Below, piece after piece: positions 22,735-33,579 of a stretch of 64,000 nucleotides of DNA. The notes under the pieces were generated by a model. The model ran no database searches, was not told the DNA's origin, and saw only the letters and a program-made list of their open reading frames with translations. Location of the stretch: assembly GCA_963823665.1 (NCBI GenBank), contig CAWGMQ010000005.1, positions 128,001 to 192,000 of the forward strand, read 5' to 3'. The stretch comes from an uncultured Planctomycetota bacterium (GTDB lineage Bacteria > Planctomycetota > Planctomycetia > Isosphaerales > Isosphaeraceae). The translations under genes were made by a program, and so were the position numbers. The first letter of the stretch is position 1. Every line of letters begins with the position of its first letter.

Positions 22735-23538
22735 TTATCGAAAGCTCTCGCGTTCTGTGGGGAAGCGGCCTTCGGAGACGTCGGCGACGTACCTGGCGGC
22801 GGCCGTGCGGATCTGGGAGCCGAGGTCGGCGTACTGCCTGACAAATTTCGGCTGGTGATATCCCTCGAGAATGCCCAGCAAGTCGTGAAGCACGAGGACC
22901 TGGCCGTCGCAGTGAAGGCCGGCGCCGATGCCGATGGTGGGAATTGGCGACTGCTCGGTGATCCTGGCGGCAACATCTCGCGGGATGCATTCGAGAACGA
23001 TGCCGAACGCCCCGGCCTCGGCGACCGCCTGGGCGTCGGCCAAGAGCTCGTCAGTGGAGCGCTGAACCTTGTAGCCGCCCAGGCGGCGAATGGCCTGGGG
23101 CCGCAGCCCGATATGCGCCATGGCGGGGATTTCGGCATCAATCAAGGCCTTGATCGTGGGCGCGATCTTGCGGCCCCCTTCGAGCTTGACGGCCTGGCAG
23201 TTGGTCTTTTTCAAGATGCGGCCGGCGGAGCGCACGGCCTGCGCCGGAGAGACCTGGAAGCTCAAGAACGGGAGGTCGGCGATCACGAGAGCACGCTGCG
23301 CTGCGCGTGCGACCATCTCGGTGTGGTAGATCATCTGTGCCAGCGTGACGCGGAGGGTGGTTTCCCAGCCCTGGACGGCGGTTCCGAGCGAGTCTCCGAC
23401 CAGGATGCAATCGACGCCGGCCGAGTCGAGCAGGCGCGCGGTCGGATAGTCATAGGCGGTCAGCACGGAGATCTTGCGTTTCTCCGCCTTCCATTTCGCG
23501 AAGTCCGGAACCGTGACGCGCTCGGCCTCAGTTGGCAT
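22735..23538 (-). CDS. panB: 3-methyl-2-oxobutanoate hydroxymethyltransferase
   Basis: LTAYDY, LVGDSLG, VKLEGG, IGIGAG..CDGQVLV. Confidence 0.97.
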   Translation of the reverse strand: MPTEAERVTVPDFAKWKAEKRKISVLTAYDYPTARLLDSAGVDCILVGDSLGTAVQGWETTLRVTLAQMIYHTEMVARAAQRALVIADLPFLSFQVSPAQAVRSAGRILKKTNCQAVKLEGGRKIAPTIKALIDAEIPAMAHIGLRPQAIRRLGGYKVQRSTDELLADAQAVAEAGAFGIVLECIPRDVAARITEQSPIPTIGIGAGLHCDGQVLVLHDLLGILEGYHQPKFVRQYADLGSQIRTAAARYVADVSEGRFPTERESFR

Positions 23539-25100
23539 TCCAGTGCGTCCCCGAATTGGAGAGGTCGGCGATCAAAACGTCGGGGGTATCCACAATCACC
23601 TTGTATCGTTCGCGGACAGCGTCGTGCAAGCCCTTTCGCGGCGAGAGAGGATCGCGACAGCCCAGGTCGGCGAAGTAGCGGGCACCCGTGAGTCGGTAAT
23701 AATCGATCAGTTCCAGGGGAGTTTCCACCTGGGGAACACGCACCCACTCTCCGGCCGCTCTTCGGGCCGCGTCGCTCGTCCATTCCATCCGGCATCCGCG
23801 GCGGTCGGCCTGGAACAACAGCGCTTCGAGCGCCGCGACCCACGATTGCTGTGGCACGTTCGCAGAGACCGCTCGGGCTGCCACCTCAAGGCTCGCCCAC
23901 TCGGCAGGAGTTCGCCAGGTGGAGCGCGTCTGGAATGCGCAAAGAAACAGGACCGCAGCCGCCACGCTCACCGACAACTGCGCGGCTGTGCTCGGCGAGG
24001 CACGCGAGTGCGCGGGCAACTCCCACGGCGGCCACAGGGGCCAGGGGCAACCAGTAATATTCATGGTGGAGCTTGCTTGCCAGGAACGCCATGGCCGCGA
24101 AGGTGGAACCGGCCCAGATCAGCCACAGGGCGCTCGAAGGACGAGCGGGCGGCACACGGAGCGTGCCTGCTACGACCTGTCTGGCCGGAGCAAGCGATAA
24201 AGCGCCCTTCTGTCTCCGCTTCCAGAACCCGAGCAGAGCCAGGCCGGCGCCGAGAGGGGTGAACGCGCGGACGAGCAGTGATGAGCCGACCACCTTGATC
24301 GTTGCCGGGTTGAAAATTGCTTTCGGGCCCAGCAGCGCCAGCCAGATCGAGCGGTTGTCGGCGGCGGCGTGCGAGCCGGTTCCCTGCGCAATCAGGTGAT
24401 TGGCCCATCCGTACCAGAGCAACGCCGGAAGCAACGTCGCGAACGCGGCGACGAGATCACGGCGCCGGCCGTGGTGGAAGATGATGAACAGGAGGGGAAC
24501 GAGGAGGAACGCGGACGTGATCTTGATCGCAAAGCCAGCCGCGAGCAAGCACCAGCCGGCGACGCGCCAGGACGCGCTGCGGGTCCGGAGCGAATGGTCC
24601 CAGCAGGCGAGGCCGGCGACCGTCGCGCCGAGCATTGCCGCGTCCGGCTGGAAAGCGCGCCCGTACCTGATGGTGAGCGGTAAGACGGAAAAGATGAAAA
24701 CAGCCAGGAGCGCCAGGCGCGCGCCCTCGCGATTCCGCACGAGCCAATAAAGACCCCACGCCGCCATCGCCGAGAACAAGGCGGAGACGAGCCGCCCTGC
24801 CTGTGGCAATTCAAGCGATGTCAATCGTTTGAGACCAACGACGAGCAGCTCGTAGATCGGCGGCTCGACAACGAAATAATTCGGAAACGGAGCGGTCTCG
24901 AGCTGAGGCCGGAAGAAGCCCGAGCCGCGGTCGAGGTTTCGCGCCACCATGGCGGTTGGAATCTGGCGGCCAACGTAGTTTTCGACCAGTGGCTGGTCAG
25001 GGTGGAGAGCGCGCACCAGGAACGTGAAGAACAGGAGCAGGACCATTGCGGCCGTGTACGGCAGCGCGCGTCCGTTTTCGATCGATCGCGTGTCTTCCAT
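23528..25100 (-). CDS. ArnT/PMT-like (GT39/GT83) glycosyltransferase (frameshift ~23975)
   Basis: RQIPTAMVARN, EPPIY, YGRAFQPD, HHEYY; multi-TM. Confidence 0.8.
24149..24173 (-). repeat. GTAG-class REP-like palindrome inside CDS
   Basis: GTAG-CA-GGCAC-GCTCCGT-GTGCC, translated as VAGTLRVPP. Confidence 0.6.
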
Positions 25101-25312
25101 GACTTACCTGAGGTCCTTCGACCGGTCATAATTGACAACCGTCAACTGACAACGAACTCCTAGCATTTTGTGCCAGATTTGATTTGCAAGCCCGTATCGA
25201 TCATGTCAGTATAACTTAACGTCCCACATCGCTCAGTCAGTTCGAGAGCGTCGGTCGATGGACTCTCGGGTCGAAGGCTGCGCTCGCACGCTCCGTAGCC
25301 GGGAGGTACCTC

Positions 25313-25747
25313 ATGCTGGTTCGACACGTCCTTGAATCCAAAGGCCGCCGGATCATTTCGATTGATTCCGAGGCAACCGTCAGCGAAGCGGTCGCCAAGC
25401 TCGTTCAGAACAACATCGGGTCGCTGCCCGTGGTCGACCAGAGCGGAAGCCTGGTGGGCGTCTTCAGCGAGCGTGACGTCTTGCGCGTGATTCACAGCCG
25501 GGGTGAAGGGTTCGGGCGGCTGCGGGTGGCCGAGGTGATGACCGCCCGGCCGATCACTTGCTCGCAGGAAGACGACGTCAACGACGTGATGGGCAAAATG
25601 AGCGAGCGGCATATCGCGAAAGTTCCCGTCTTGAGCAACGAACAGCTCGTCGGCGTGATCTCCGTCGGAGACGTCATCAAGGTCATGTACGACAAGGTCC
25701 ATGCCGAAAATCAGCACTTGCTCTCCTATATTCAAGGGAACACTTGA
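25313..25747 (+). CDS. CBS-pair domain protein
   Basis: GGAGG RBS; IGSLPVVD..LVGVFSERD; LVGVISVGDVIK. Confidence 0.93.
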   Translation: MLVRHVLESKGRRIISIDSEATVSEAVAKLVQNNIGSLPVVDQSGSLVGVFSERDVLRVIHSRGEGFGRLRVAEVMTARPITCSQEDDVNDVMGKMSERHIAKVPVLSNEQLVGVISVGDVIKVMYDKVHAENQHLLSYIQGNT

Positions 25748-25749
25748 CG

Positions 25750-27351
25750 TTATTTCAGGAAGGCGAGGCGCCCGGCGCGTGGTTTGCCCGGCGAGCCTGC
25801 TGTTCTTCCTTGGGTCCTGACCTTCGGGGATCACCCCGTTCCAGCGGCTGTAGATGGCCGTCAGCTCGGCGAGGGTGTACCGCGCGCGGGCGTCGATCTG
25901 GCTCTTCGTGAACCGCCAGGTCCAGTTCCCCTCCGGTTTTCCGGGCGTGTTCATGCGGGCTTGTGAATCAAGCCCCAGGATATCCTGCAAGGGGCTGATG
26001 GCGGTGTCGGCGACCGACTGGAACGCCAGGCGGATCATGTCCCAGTGGATCTCGGCTCCATTCGAGTTCAGATAGCGCAAGGCGAACGCTCTCTCGGTTG
26101 CGATTTCCTGCGGGGACTGCGTGGTCGCGACCTCGGTCGAGGTGAACCAGCCTTTCGTTGTGTCGTTGTCATGCGTGCCCGTGTAGACGACGCAGTGCGG
26201 CACGTGGCGATGCGGCAGGGCCTTGTCGGCGCCCTGATCGGGCCCGAAGCCAAACTGGAGGACGCGCATACCGGGCAGGCCGAAGTCGTCTCGCAGGGCT
26301 TCGACGGCCGGAGTGATGACGCCCAGGTCTTCGGCCACCAGAGGAAGTGAGCCGAGCTTTCGCCGGAGCGCCTCGAAGAAGTGATTCCCGGGCCCGGGCA
26401 CCCAGCGGCCCGGAGCGGCCGTGGCTGAGCCCGCCGGGATTTCCCAGTAGGCCTCGAAGCCGCGGAAATGGTCGATGCGCACAACGTCGACGCGGGAGAG
26501 CAGAGACGAAAGCCGCGAAACCCACCAGGCGTAATCCTCGGCGGCGTGGACCTCCCACTTGTAAAGCGGGTTTCCCCAGAGCTGGCCCGTCTCGCTGAAA
26601 TAGTCAGGAGGTACACCGGCGACGACCAGCGGCCGGCCGCGCTCATCGAGGTAGAACAGCTCGGGCCGCGCCCAGACGTCGGCACTGTCATGCGCCACGA
26701 AGATGGGCACGTCGCCCATCAACTTGATGCCATGCTCGCGGCAAGCGGCCCGGAGCGCTTGCCACTGGAGCTCGAAGGCGTACTGCACGAACGAATGGTA
26801 GCTGACCCCGTCTTTCAAGCGATCGCGCCAGAGTGCGAGGGCTGTTTGGTCGCGAGCGACGAGCTCGTGCTCCCACTCAGACCAGGCTTGGCGTCCGTGC
26901 GCGTCCTTGAGGGCTTCGTACAAGGCGTAATCGTCGAGCCAGGCGTGGCTGGCTGCCACGAATTCCTGGAACCGAGAGTCGTCGCCAAGTTTCTTCCAAG
27001 TCTCATGCGCCCGGCGCAGCAAGTGCTCCTTCCGCGGCGTACGGCGTCGAAGTCGACCCGATCTTCGGGCAATGACGGATCGTCCGTGCAATCCTCGGCC
27101 GCGAGCCACTTCCGGGAGACCAGGTCATCCAGGTCGATCAAAAGCGCATTACCGGCGAACGATGAATGCGACTGATAGGGCGAGTTACCGTAGCCAGTCG
27201 GACCCAGGGGCAACATCTGCCACCAGCGCTGGCCGGTTCCGGCGAGGAACCGGACAAAAGCGTGGGCTTCCTCACCGAGGTTGCCGATGCCGTGACGGCC
27301 CGGCAAGCTCGTTGGATGCAACAAGACGCCGCTCGACCGAGGGAACCTCAT
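25750..27351 (-). CDS. malQ: 4-alpha-glucanotransferase (frameshift ~27040; 3' end approximate)
   Basis: SGVLLHPTSLP, WQMLPLGP, GQLWGNP, RIDHFRG, AEDLG, YTGTHDNDT. Confidence 0.93.
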
Positions 27352-27396
27352 CCGTCATTTCTCCGCACGTTCTTGCGAGAGTTGTCTCCGATCGAA

Positions 27397-28203
27397 TCAG
27401 GCATCGGAGCGCTCCAGAAATTGTTCGATCTCGAGGCGGAATTTCATCTGGTCCTCGACGTGCGGCATGTGCGCCACGCCGGGAATGACAACGAGCCTGG
27501 CATCAGGGATGCGCTCCGCGAGCTCAGCCGCGACGCGGGGCGGGTTGAGCAGATCGAGCTCGCCGACGAGCACGAGCGTGCGCGATTGAATCGTCGCCAG
27601 GCGTTCTCGCGTGTCGTGTTCGATCGCCGCGGCAGCCTGGCGCGCGAACGCGTCGGCATCCTGGGGCCATGGGTTTCGCTCGGCGAACTCAATCAGGCCC
27701 TGAATCTGGCCCGGCTGATGATAGAAGGCCGGGGCAACAAGCCAGGGGAGCACCGCCCGGCTGAACTCCCCGCCGCTCGCGGCCGAGCGCCTGAGGCAGA
27801 CCCACGACGCGATGACGGCTTTGCGCCAGGCGTCGGAGCCGGCATGTGTCGAGACCAGGATCAGGCTTTTCACGAGGCGAGGGTGGCGCAGCGCCAGCTC
27901 TTGAGCCACCAGGCCGCCCAGCGACTGACCGACGACGTGTGCGGGGATCGCATTTTTGGCCGCGAGCCAATCCGCGACGTCGTCTGCCATGTCGCCGGTC
28001 GTGTAGCCGGGCTCTGCCCGGTCGCTGCGGCCGGCATCGCGGGAGTCGAAAGCCATCGCGCGATATCTGGCCGCAAAGTAGCGCTGAGGGCGGTTGAACG
28101 CCCGATGATCGCCCCCGAGGCCACTCAAGAACACGAGCGGGTCACCGTGGCTGCCCGCCTGCTCATAAAAGAAAGAGCGGCCGCGTAAGTTGATGATCGG
28201 CAT
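27397..28203 (-). CDS. Alpha/beta hydrolase
   Basis: GQSLGG nucleophile elbow, GELD, AH triad. Confidence 0.9.
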   Translation of the reverse strand: MPIINLRGRSFFYEQAGSHGDPLVFLSGLGGDHRAFNRPQRYFAARYRAMAFDSRDAGRSDRAEPGYTTGDMADDVADWLAAKNAIPAHVVGQSLGGLVAQELALRHPRLVKSLILVSTHAGSDAWRKAVIASWVCLRRSAASGGEFSRAVLPWLVAPAFYHQPGQIQGLIEFAERNPWPQDADAFARQAAAAIEHDTRERLATIQSRTLVLVGELDLLNPPRVAAELAERIPDARLVVIPGVAHMPHVEDQMKFRLEIEQFLERSDA

Positions 28204-28447
28204 GAGTGGATTCGCCGGGCCGTGATCGGTTGCCGTCCATTCTGTCCGGTTCTCACGTCCTCAGCCTAAAGGGATCGCCCGCGATGAAAAGCCCAAATTG
28301 AATGGTTTTCGGAACGGGTGGAGGGATTGGCGTCCAGTATGACGACGTGTGTGGGTACGGAAAAGGCCGCGTCGGACCGGTACGGGCAAATCGGTACGAT
28401 ACAAAGCTTTATGACGTAGTGGGTTGGAAACGCCACCGTTCGTTCAG

Positions 28448-28507
28448 GTCGAATTCCAGGACCGAGGAAATGGCGGGGGAAGCGAAGGACCTCGGTCCTG
28501 GATCGAC
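28448..28507. terminator. Long inverted repeat downstream of 28515 gene
   Basis: GTCGA..TCCAGGACCGAGG / CCTCGGTCCTGGA-TCGAC. Confidence 0.5.
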
Positions 28508-28514
28508 GTGCGCG

Positions 28515-29294
28515 TCACTCTTGCTCGACGCAGACGGATTCGGACTCGCCGTCGGGGAAGTTGACTTCGGCGGAGCCTTCGTCATCGACGAATGCCACGG
28601 AGCAGCGCTCGCTGCCGGAGTGGTCGCGGCAGGCGAACTTCCGGGGGCCGGTTTCGACCCATCCATCAGACAAGAGCGAGCTGAGCGCGGCCTCGGAGAC
28701 GCCCAGATCGAGGAAGTACTGGCGGTGAGCACGCTTTGCGTCGGTGACCGAGTAGGACCTGCGCCTTGAGTGCCCGAAAAAAGATCGCTTGCCGGGTTCT
28801 TCCCGGGGCGGTGGTGATGCCTCGGTTTCGCCGCCGAGCATCTCTTGGATCGTCGCGGCGGTGTCGTTGGCGGTCTTGAGCAGCGCCTCGGCGTTCTTGA
28901 TGATGATGTCGAGCAGGGCCGGGAGCTTTTCCGAGGCCTTCAATTTCAACTCGCGGCTGCATGAGGACCAGAGGATTCGTTCTTCATTGAGGCGCGTCGA
29001 TGTGACGGCCTCGGTGCTCGGTTCGGGGTTTTGACGATTGGTCACAATGCACACATTGATACGGTAACCCGCGGAGCCCACGCGACTGAAGGCGAGGTAG
29101 TGCTCGCGGGTGACGCCCGGCTCGCCGCCGGGCTCGCTCATGAACCAAACGCTCGCATCGATGCCGATCTTGAGCTCGTCGACGAGTGTCTTCTCGACGC
29201 TTCTGACGATTTCGGTGACCTGATCGGTCACGGAATTGAGATGGGGGTTGATTCCGCGAAGCGCGGAGAGGCGCTTCAACAACTCGTGGGTCAT
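28515..29294 (-). CDS. Hypothetical protein
   Basis: AAGGAAAG RBS, MTHELLKRL...; codon usage typical of coding; no family recognised. Confidence 0.7.
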   Translation of the reverse strand: MTHELLKRLSALRGINPHLNSVTDQVTEIVRSVEKTLVDELKIGIDASVWFMSEPGGEPGVTREHYLAFSRVGSAGYRINVCIVTNRQNPEPSTEAVTSTRLNEERILWSSCSRELKLKASEKLPALLDIIIKNAEALLKTANDTAATIQEMLGGETEASPPPREEPGKRSFFGHSRRRSYSVTDAKRAHRQYFLDLGVSEAALSSLLSDGWVETGPRKFACRDHSGSERCSVAFVDDEGSAEVNFPDGESESVCVEQE

Positions 29295-29596
29295 CGGACT
29301 TTCCTTTCTTTCTTCCGGGCCATCGGCCCGCACAAACGGCCCCCGGCGGGGGCAAAAGGCGCCGCGATACTCTCGCGACTGGGTGTATCTTATCCCGAGG
29401 CAATGCGAGCGGCAAGTCGGTGGGGAGCGTTTTCTGGAGAAAGTTGTCATTGATCGGTTCGGTGGCACCATTTTCCCGACGTCGAAAAAAGGAGACATGC
29501 GTTGGGGTGGGAGAGAAGTTACCTGGGAACTCGAACCGTGTTAACATTGTAATTTGAAGAGTTTCCCTGTTCCGTTCCTGATACCGTTTTCGAAAA

Positions 29597-30193
29597 ATGA
29601 GCACGATTCAACGAACGAAGAGGAAGTCGAACCGCTTCCGCTGGACCCCCGAGCAGTTCCAGAAGGCCGCCGAGGAGGGCTGGTTTGGGGACCGCAAGGT
29701 CGAGCTGCTCGATGGCGAGGTTTACTACATGGTCCGCGACCCGTTGCATCGCAACTGCGTTTGGAAGCTGTTCGAGCTGTTGAGTGCCCTGCTTGAAAAA
29801 GCGCGCTGGACCATCACGCGAGAGGATGACGTCGAGATGGGGGACGACTGGGTTCCATCGCCGGATGTCGCGGTACTTCGGGGCAATTTTGACGTGCTCA
29901 AGGATGAATTGCTCAAGGGTACGGACGTGGCCCTGCTGGTCGAGGTGTCGCACAAGACCTATCGGCGCGATCGCGGTCGAAAGCTACCGCGGTATGCTCA
30001 TAACAAGATCCCGGTGTATTGGATCGTGAGCATCGAGGGACGAACGGTGGAGGTGTTTTCGGGGCCTGTCGGCCAGGGTGACCTGGCGACCTACGCGGGC
30101 ACACCGCTCGTGTTTCGCGAGGGCGACCGTGTACCTGTGGAGCTGGATGGGCACGTGGTCGGGCACCTGGAGGTCAGCGAGATCTTCTCGTGA
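29597..30193 (+). CDS. Uma2-family PD-(D/E)XK endonuclease-like protein
   Basis: VELLDGE, PDVAV, LLVEVS, K..YA...IPVYWIV. Confidence 0.9.
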   Translation: MSTIQRTKRKSNRFRWTPEQFQKAAEEGWFGDRKVELLDGEVYYMVRDPLHRNCVWKLFELLSALLEKARWTITREDDVEMGDDWVPSPDVAVLRGNFDVLKDELLKGTDVALLVEVSHKTYRRDRGRKLPRYAHNKIPVYWIVSIEGRTVEVFSGPVGQGDLATYAGTPLVFREGDRVPVELDGHVVGHLEVSEIFS

Positions 30194-30380
30194 CCGGGCG
30201 TGAGTGCGTCCGGAACGGTCACTGAGCGTCGTTGCGAGCGAAGAATTCGGGGTGGGCGGCGCGGAAGGCGGCCAACTGCTGGTCGGCCCACGTCTGGTCT
30301 TCACGTGCCAAACGCGGCTTGCATTTCTCGTCATATCGGAGTGGTGTGACGCCCGTGGTGACGTCCGCGGCGTGAGCCGC

Positions 30381-30411
30381 TTGACTTGGCCGCGCGGAGT
30401 TGTGATACACT
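30381..30411 (+). promoter_or_regulatory. Promoter of tRNA-Glu
   Basis: TTGACT then extended -10 TG-A-TACACT just upstream of the tRNA (19-nt spacer). Confidence 0.5.
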
Positions 30412-30421
30412 TGTACGCGCT

Positions 30422-30494
30422 GCCCCCATCGTCTAGCGGCCTAGGATACTTGGTTCTCAGCCAAGGGACCGGGGTTCGAGTCCCCGTGGGGGTG
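30422..30494 (+). tRNA. tRNA-Glu(CTC), CCA not encoded
   Basis: GCCCCCA/TGGGGGT acceptor stem; CTTGG-TTCTCAG-CCAAG anticodon arm; GGTTCGAGTCC T-arm. Confidence 0.95.
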
Positions 30495-30546
30495 CTTGCA
30501 AGGACTCGCTGAGCCGCTTGGCCGACCAGGAGTGCTCAGCCGAGCC

Positions 30547-30577
30547 GTTCGGCGGGGTCGGGAGACCCGCGCCGAAC
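30547..30577. repeat. REP-like hairpin downstream of tRNA
   Basis: GTTCGGC..GGGTC-GGGA-GACCC..GCCGAAC. Confidence 0.5.
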
Positions 30578-30663
30578 AGCAGCCTGCGGCTGGATGCAAG
30601 GGCTTTCCGACCGATGTTCGGTCAGACGCCTACAGGCACTGATTCTTCTTCGGTCGCTGCGAT

Positions 30664-31563
30664 CTAGGCGATTTTCTTCCCCATTTTAGTGACGCCGACC
30701 GTGACGAAGAAGTGACCCTCGGATGAGGGGTCTGAAGGACCGGTGATGGGGTTGCCGGTGGTATCGGTGATCGGCGAGATCGCCGGCAAGGGCGCAGTCG
30801 CTGTCGCTGCGCTCTCGCCGACAGCGTTCGTTTCCTCCTCGAGGGGAGCGTCGGTGATCGTGATCAGCGGGTATTTCTTGATGCGATGGGCCAGCGTGAG
30901 CGTGACGGAGTGAGTCGTTGAGTCATACACGGCCGAGCCCAGCGGCACCGTCGCGCCGGTGAGCCATTCCTTGCCTTTCACGCGGCGATACCCACGGGGG
31001 TTCACGACGGAGTAATTGCTGACATCCTGAACGGGGCCGGGGGCCATGTCCTTGCTGAAGGTCAGCACGAATCCGGTAATGTTCGGTCCCTTGGTGAGCG
31101 CCCGGCTTGCGATGATCTGCGGAGGGGTGGTGTCCGAGCTATGAGTGATGACAAGGAATGCCTCCGATGTCGGCGCCCCGCCCGGTGCCGACGAGACGTC
31201 CAGATCCAGGACCCGCGTTCCGTCGGAGGCCGGCGCCGGCAACACCGGGATTTGAATGGTCTGGAAGCTCTGTCCCGCTGGAAATGTGACGGCATCGTTC
31301 ACCGGAGTGTAGTCGACTCCGGCGACCGCCGTCCCGCCGGCGGTCGACACGTACGCCACATCGGCGCCTTGAGTCGCTGTGACCGATCCGGGGACAGGAG
31401 AAGCCACAAAGTCCTCGAGCGTGACGGTGGCAGGGCCCAACTGGCCGTTCGCGGTGTATAGGGTGTTCCCGAACGTGACCGTCATGAGCTGGCGAACCTC
31501 AAGCTGCTGGGCCTCTAGCAACGCCTTTCGCGCCCGCCTCGGCGCGCTCAGTCCGTTTTGCAT
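30664..31563 (-). CDS. Planctomycete extracellular protein with Calx-beta domain
   Basis: LEVRQLM N-terminal motif; GGTAVAGVDY..VTFPAGQS..IPV. Confidence 0.8.
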   Translation of the reverse strand: MQNGLSAPRRARKALLEAQQLEVRQLMTVTFGNTLYTANGQLGPATVTLEDFVASPVPGSVTATQGADVAYVSTAGGTAVAGVDYTPVNDAVTFPAGQSFQTIQIPVLPAPASDGTRVLDLDVSSAPGGAPTSEAFLVITHSSDTTPPQIIASRALTKGPNITGFVLTFSKDMAPGPVQDVSNYSVVNPRGYRRVKGKEWLTGATVPLGSAVYDSTTHSVTLTLAHRIKKYPLITITDAPLEEETNAVGESAATATAPLPAISPITDTTGNPITGPSDPSSEGHFFVTVGVTKMGKKIA

Positions 31564-31762
31564 CTCACCGTCCTTGGATGAATTGAGTTTTAGGTGCAGA
31601 TCGTTTGTGCCGGGCGTTCCATGCGAAAGCAAGCACGGGCCCCGGAGAGCGACTTCGTCAGCCGCATTGCCGACGGGACGTGAATCGGCGATCCGCGTGA
31701 GTGTCGATGACGAAATGAACGTCAGGAAGCAGCAACCGCGCCGCGGCTCTGACTGCTGCGGA

Positions 31763-33409
31763 TCATTCCGGGCTGGTGCGGGCAAGGCGGGTCTCGCTGT
31801 CCCGAGTAAACGGATATGGCAGACGCTGGCGGAAACATTGGTAAATACCGATCCGCCGCACCGGTTTGCCAGACCGCTCTACCCAGAAATCCGAGACCAA
31901 CTCGACGCGAGAGAACCACCGCCGGTAGTAACGAGCCCACGCCTCGTGCTCGCCGACGACGACGAGGATTCCATCATGATCGACCCAGTCATCGGGTTTG
32001 CTCCAGAATGCAAATCCACGGGGGTCGTCGGTGTTGTAGCACAGAACCGGGTGTTCGCGGCCGATTGCGTGAGCGAGCTGGGCGCTTTGATACCAGAAAT
32101 GGGTGAAGAGAAAGGTTTCCGGGTCCTCGACTAATCGGCGTTTTTGAATCTCATCGGCGACCTGGTCCCAGCCGAAGAGGTCGAGCGTCGGGTCGTGGGA
32201 CGCGTCGATCAGGCCGTGATGGCCGTCGCGACCGCGCTGGAGCATACCATAGTGATACTCGGTGATCGTGAACGCCAGGAACACGACCGAAAATCCGGCG
32301 CAGATGATGAGATATCGTCTGGTTCGCCGCGGGCGGGCGTCCAGCCTTTTCGACCAGTTGCGGCCCAAAAGCGGGAAGAGAGAAACCAGGCCAATCAACC
32401 CCCAATGCGGCAAAACCGGCCGAAAACATGCCACGAGCGTGAAAACCGCGAGCGGGGGTACGGACAGGACAAGTAGGAGTCGCTCGTGCGGACCTGCGTG
32501 CCGCCAGTTCCGGCAGCCGACGACGAGAAGGATGACCAATGGCAGCCAGATCCATGGGAACAAGTACATCGCCTGGCCCAGGAGGGCTCTGAGCAGACCT
32601 TCCGGGTGGATCGTCGTGCTTCCGACGGCACGCCCGCCCTGAAAGAGGAACGATGCCCAGCCGTGGGTCGCGTTCCAAATGATCACCAGGCTGAACGCGG
32701 CGAGTGCGACGAGTGCGGCCAGGTAGGGGCCGGGTTGAGCCAGCCAGCGGCGGGCAGGGCGATGGAGGAGTACGTAAAGCAAAGTGCCTATTGGGAGGAA
32801 GATGCCGTGGTATTTGCTCAGCATTGCGCCGCCCCAGGCCACACCGACCGAGAGCCAGGGGAGTGATGGGAGGCGATCGGGGACACCCCCCCTGGCCCCC
32901 CCTTCTGAAGGGGAGGAAAGGGATGGGTCGGTCCCGTCTAACGGGGGGAAAAGGGATGGGTTGGCGCCTCCTTCAAGGGCTACGGCCATCCGGTCGAGGC
33001 TGAGGAGCCAGAAGAAGAGGAGTGGGCCGTCCGGAAGGGCGAATGTGGAGGCGGCCAGGCCGTAATAGCCGGTCAGGTTCAGGGCCAGGGCCGCGAGAAA
33101 GCCGGCTCGCTCGCCGTAGAAGCGCGCCGTCAGCCTGGCGAGGAGGTAGGTTGAACCGGCGAACATGGCGATGAAACCGATCCGGATTGCCCACGCGGAG
33201 GCTCCCGCACCGGGGAGACTCAGGCCAAGCAACTCGATCCAGGCCATCATCGGCGGGTGGTCATAATAGCTCAATGCCACGTGCCTGGCGTACAGCCAGT
33301 GGTATGCTTCGTCATTTCCCAGACCAAGGGAGCAGGCTGTGAAAAGCCGTAGCAGGGCTGAAGCGACAATCAAGAGCCAGAGCGCGCGTCTGAGCGGCAT
33401 TTCATGCAT
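31763..33409 (-). CDS. ArnT/GT39-like glycosyltransferase
   Basis: DEAYHW, SYYDHPP, PDGP, LSKY, PHW. Confidence 0.9.
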   Translation of the reverse strand: MHEMPLRRALWLLIVASALLRLFTACSLGLGNDEAYHWLYARHVALSYYDHPPMMAWIELLGLSLPGAGASAWAIRIGFIAMFAGSTYLLARLTARFYGERAGFLAALALNLTGYYGLAASTFALPDGPLLFFWLLSLDRMAVALEGGANPSLFPPLDGTDPSLSSPSEGGARGGVPDRLPSLPWLSVGVAWGGAMLSKYHGIFLPIGTLLYVLLHRPARRWLAQPGPYLAALVALAAFSLVIIWNATHGWASFLFQGGRAVGSTTIHPEGLLRALLGQAMYLFPWIWLPLVILLVVGCRNWRHAGPHERLLLVLSVPPLAVFTLVACFRPVLPHWGLIGLVSLFPLLGRNWSKRLDARPRRTRRYLIICAGFSVVFLAFTITEYHYGMLQRGRDGHHGLIDASHDPTLDLFGWDQVADEIQKRRLVEDPETFLFTHFWYQSAQLAHAIGREHPVLCYNTDDPRGFAFWSKPDDWVDHDGILVVVGEHEAWARYYRRWFSRVELVSDFWVERSGKPVRRIGIYQCFRQRLPYPFTRDSETRLARTSPE

Positions 33410-33579
33410 CCTTGCTGCGCGACGGAACGGCGATACGAGGCGCCAGAGGTGGCGTCATCGGTGGAAATCCATGCCGCGCGACTTGTCGCCACGCGCCGGG
33501 TGGTCGACAATAATCACGAGAAAACGGTTGAGCGTCAACGCCGACCCATCGGAGCGGACCACATGACGGGCCAAGTTCC

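Noticed and set aside
25160..25750. MalQ C-terminal extension
   Set aside because: It is antisense read-through of the CBS gene; stops in the other frames at about 25750 suggest a missed base
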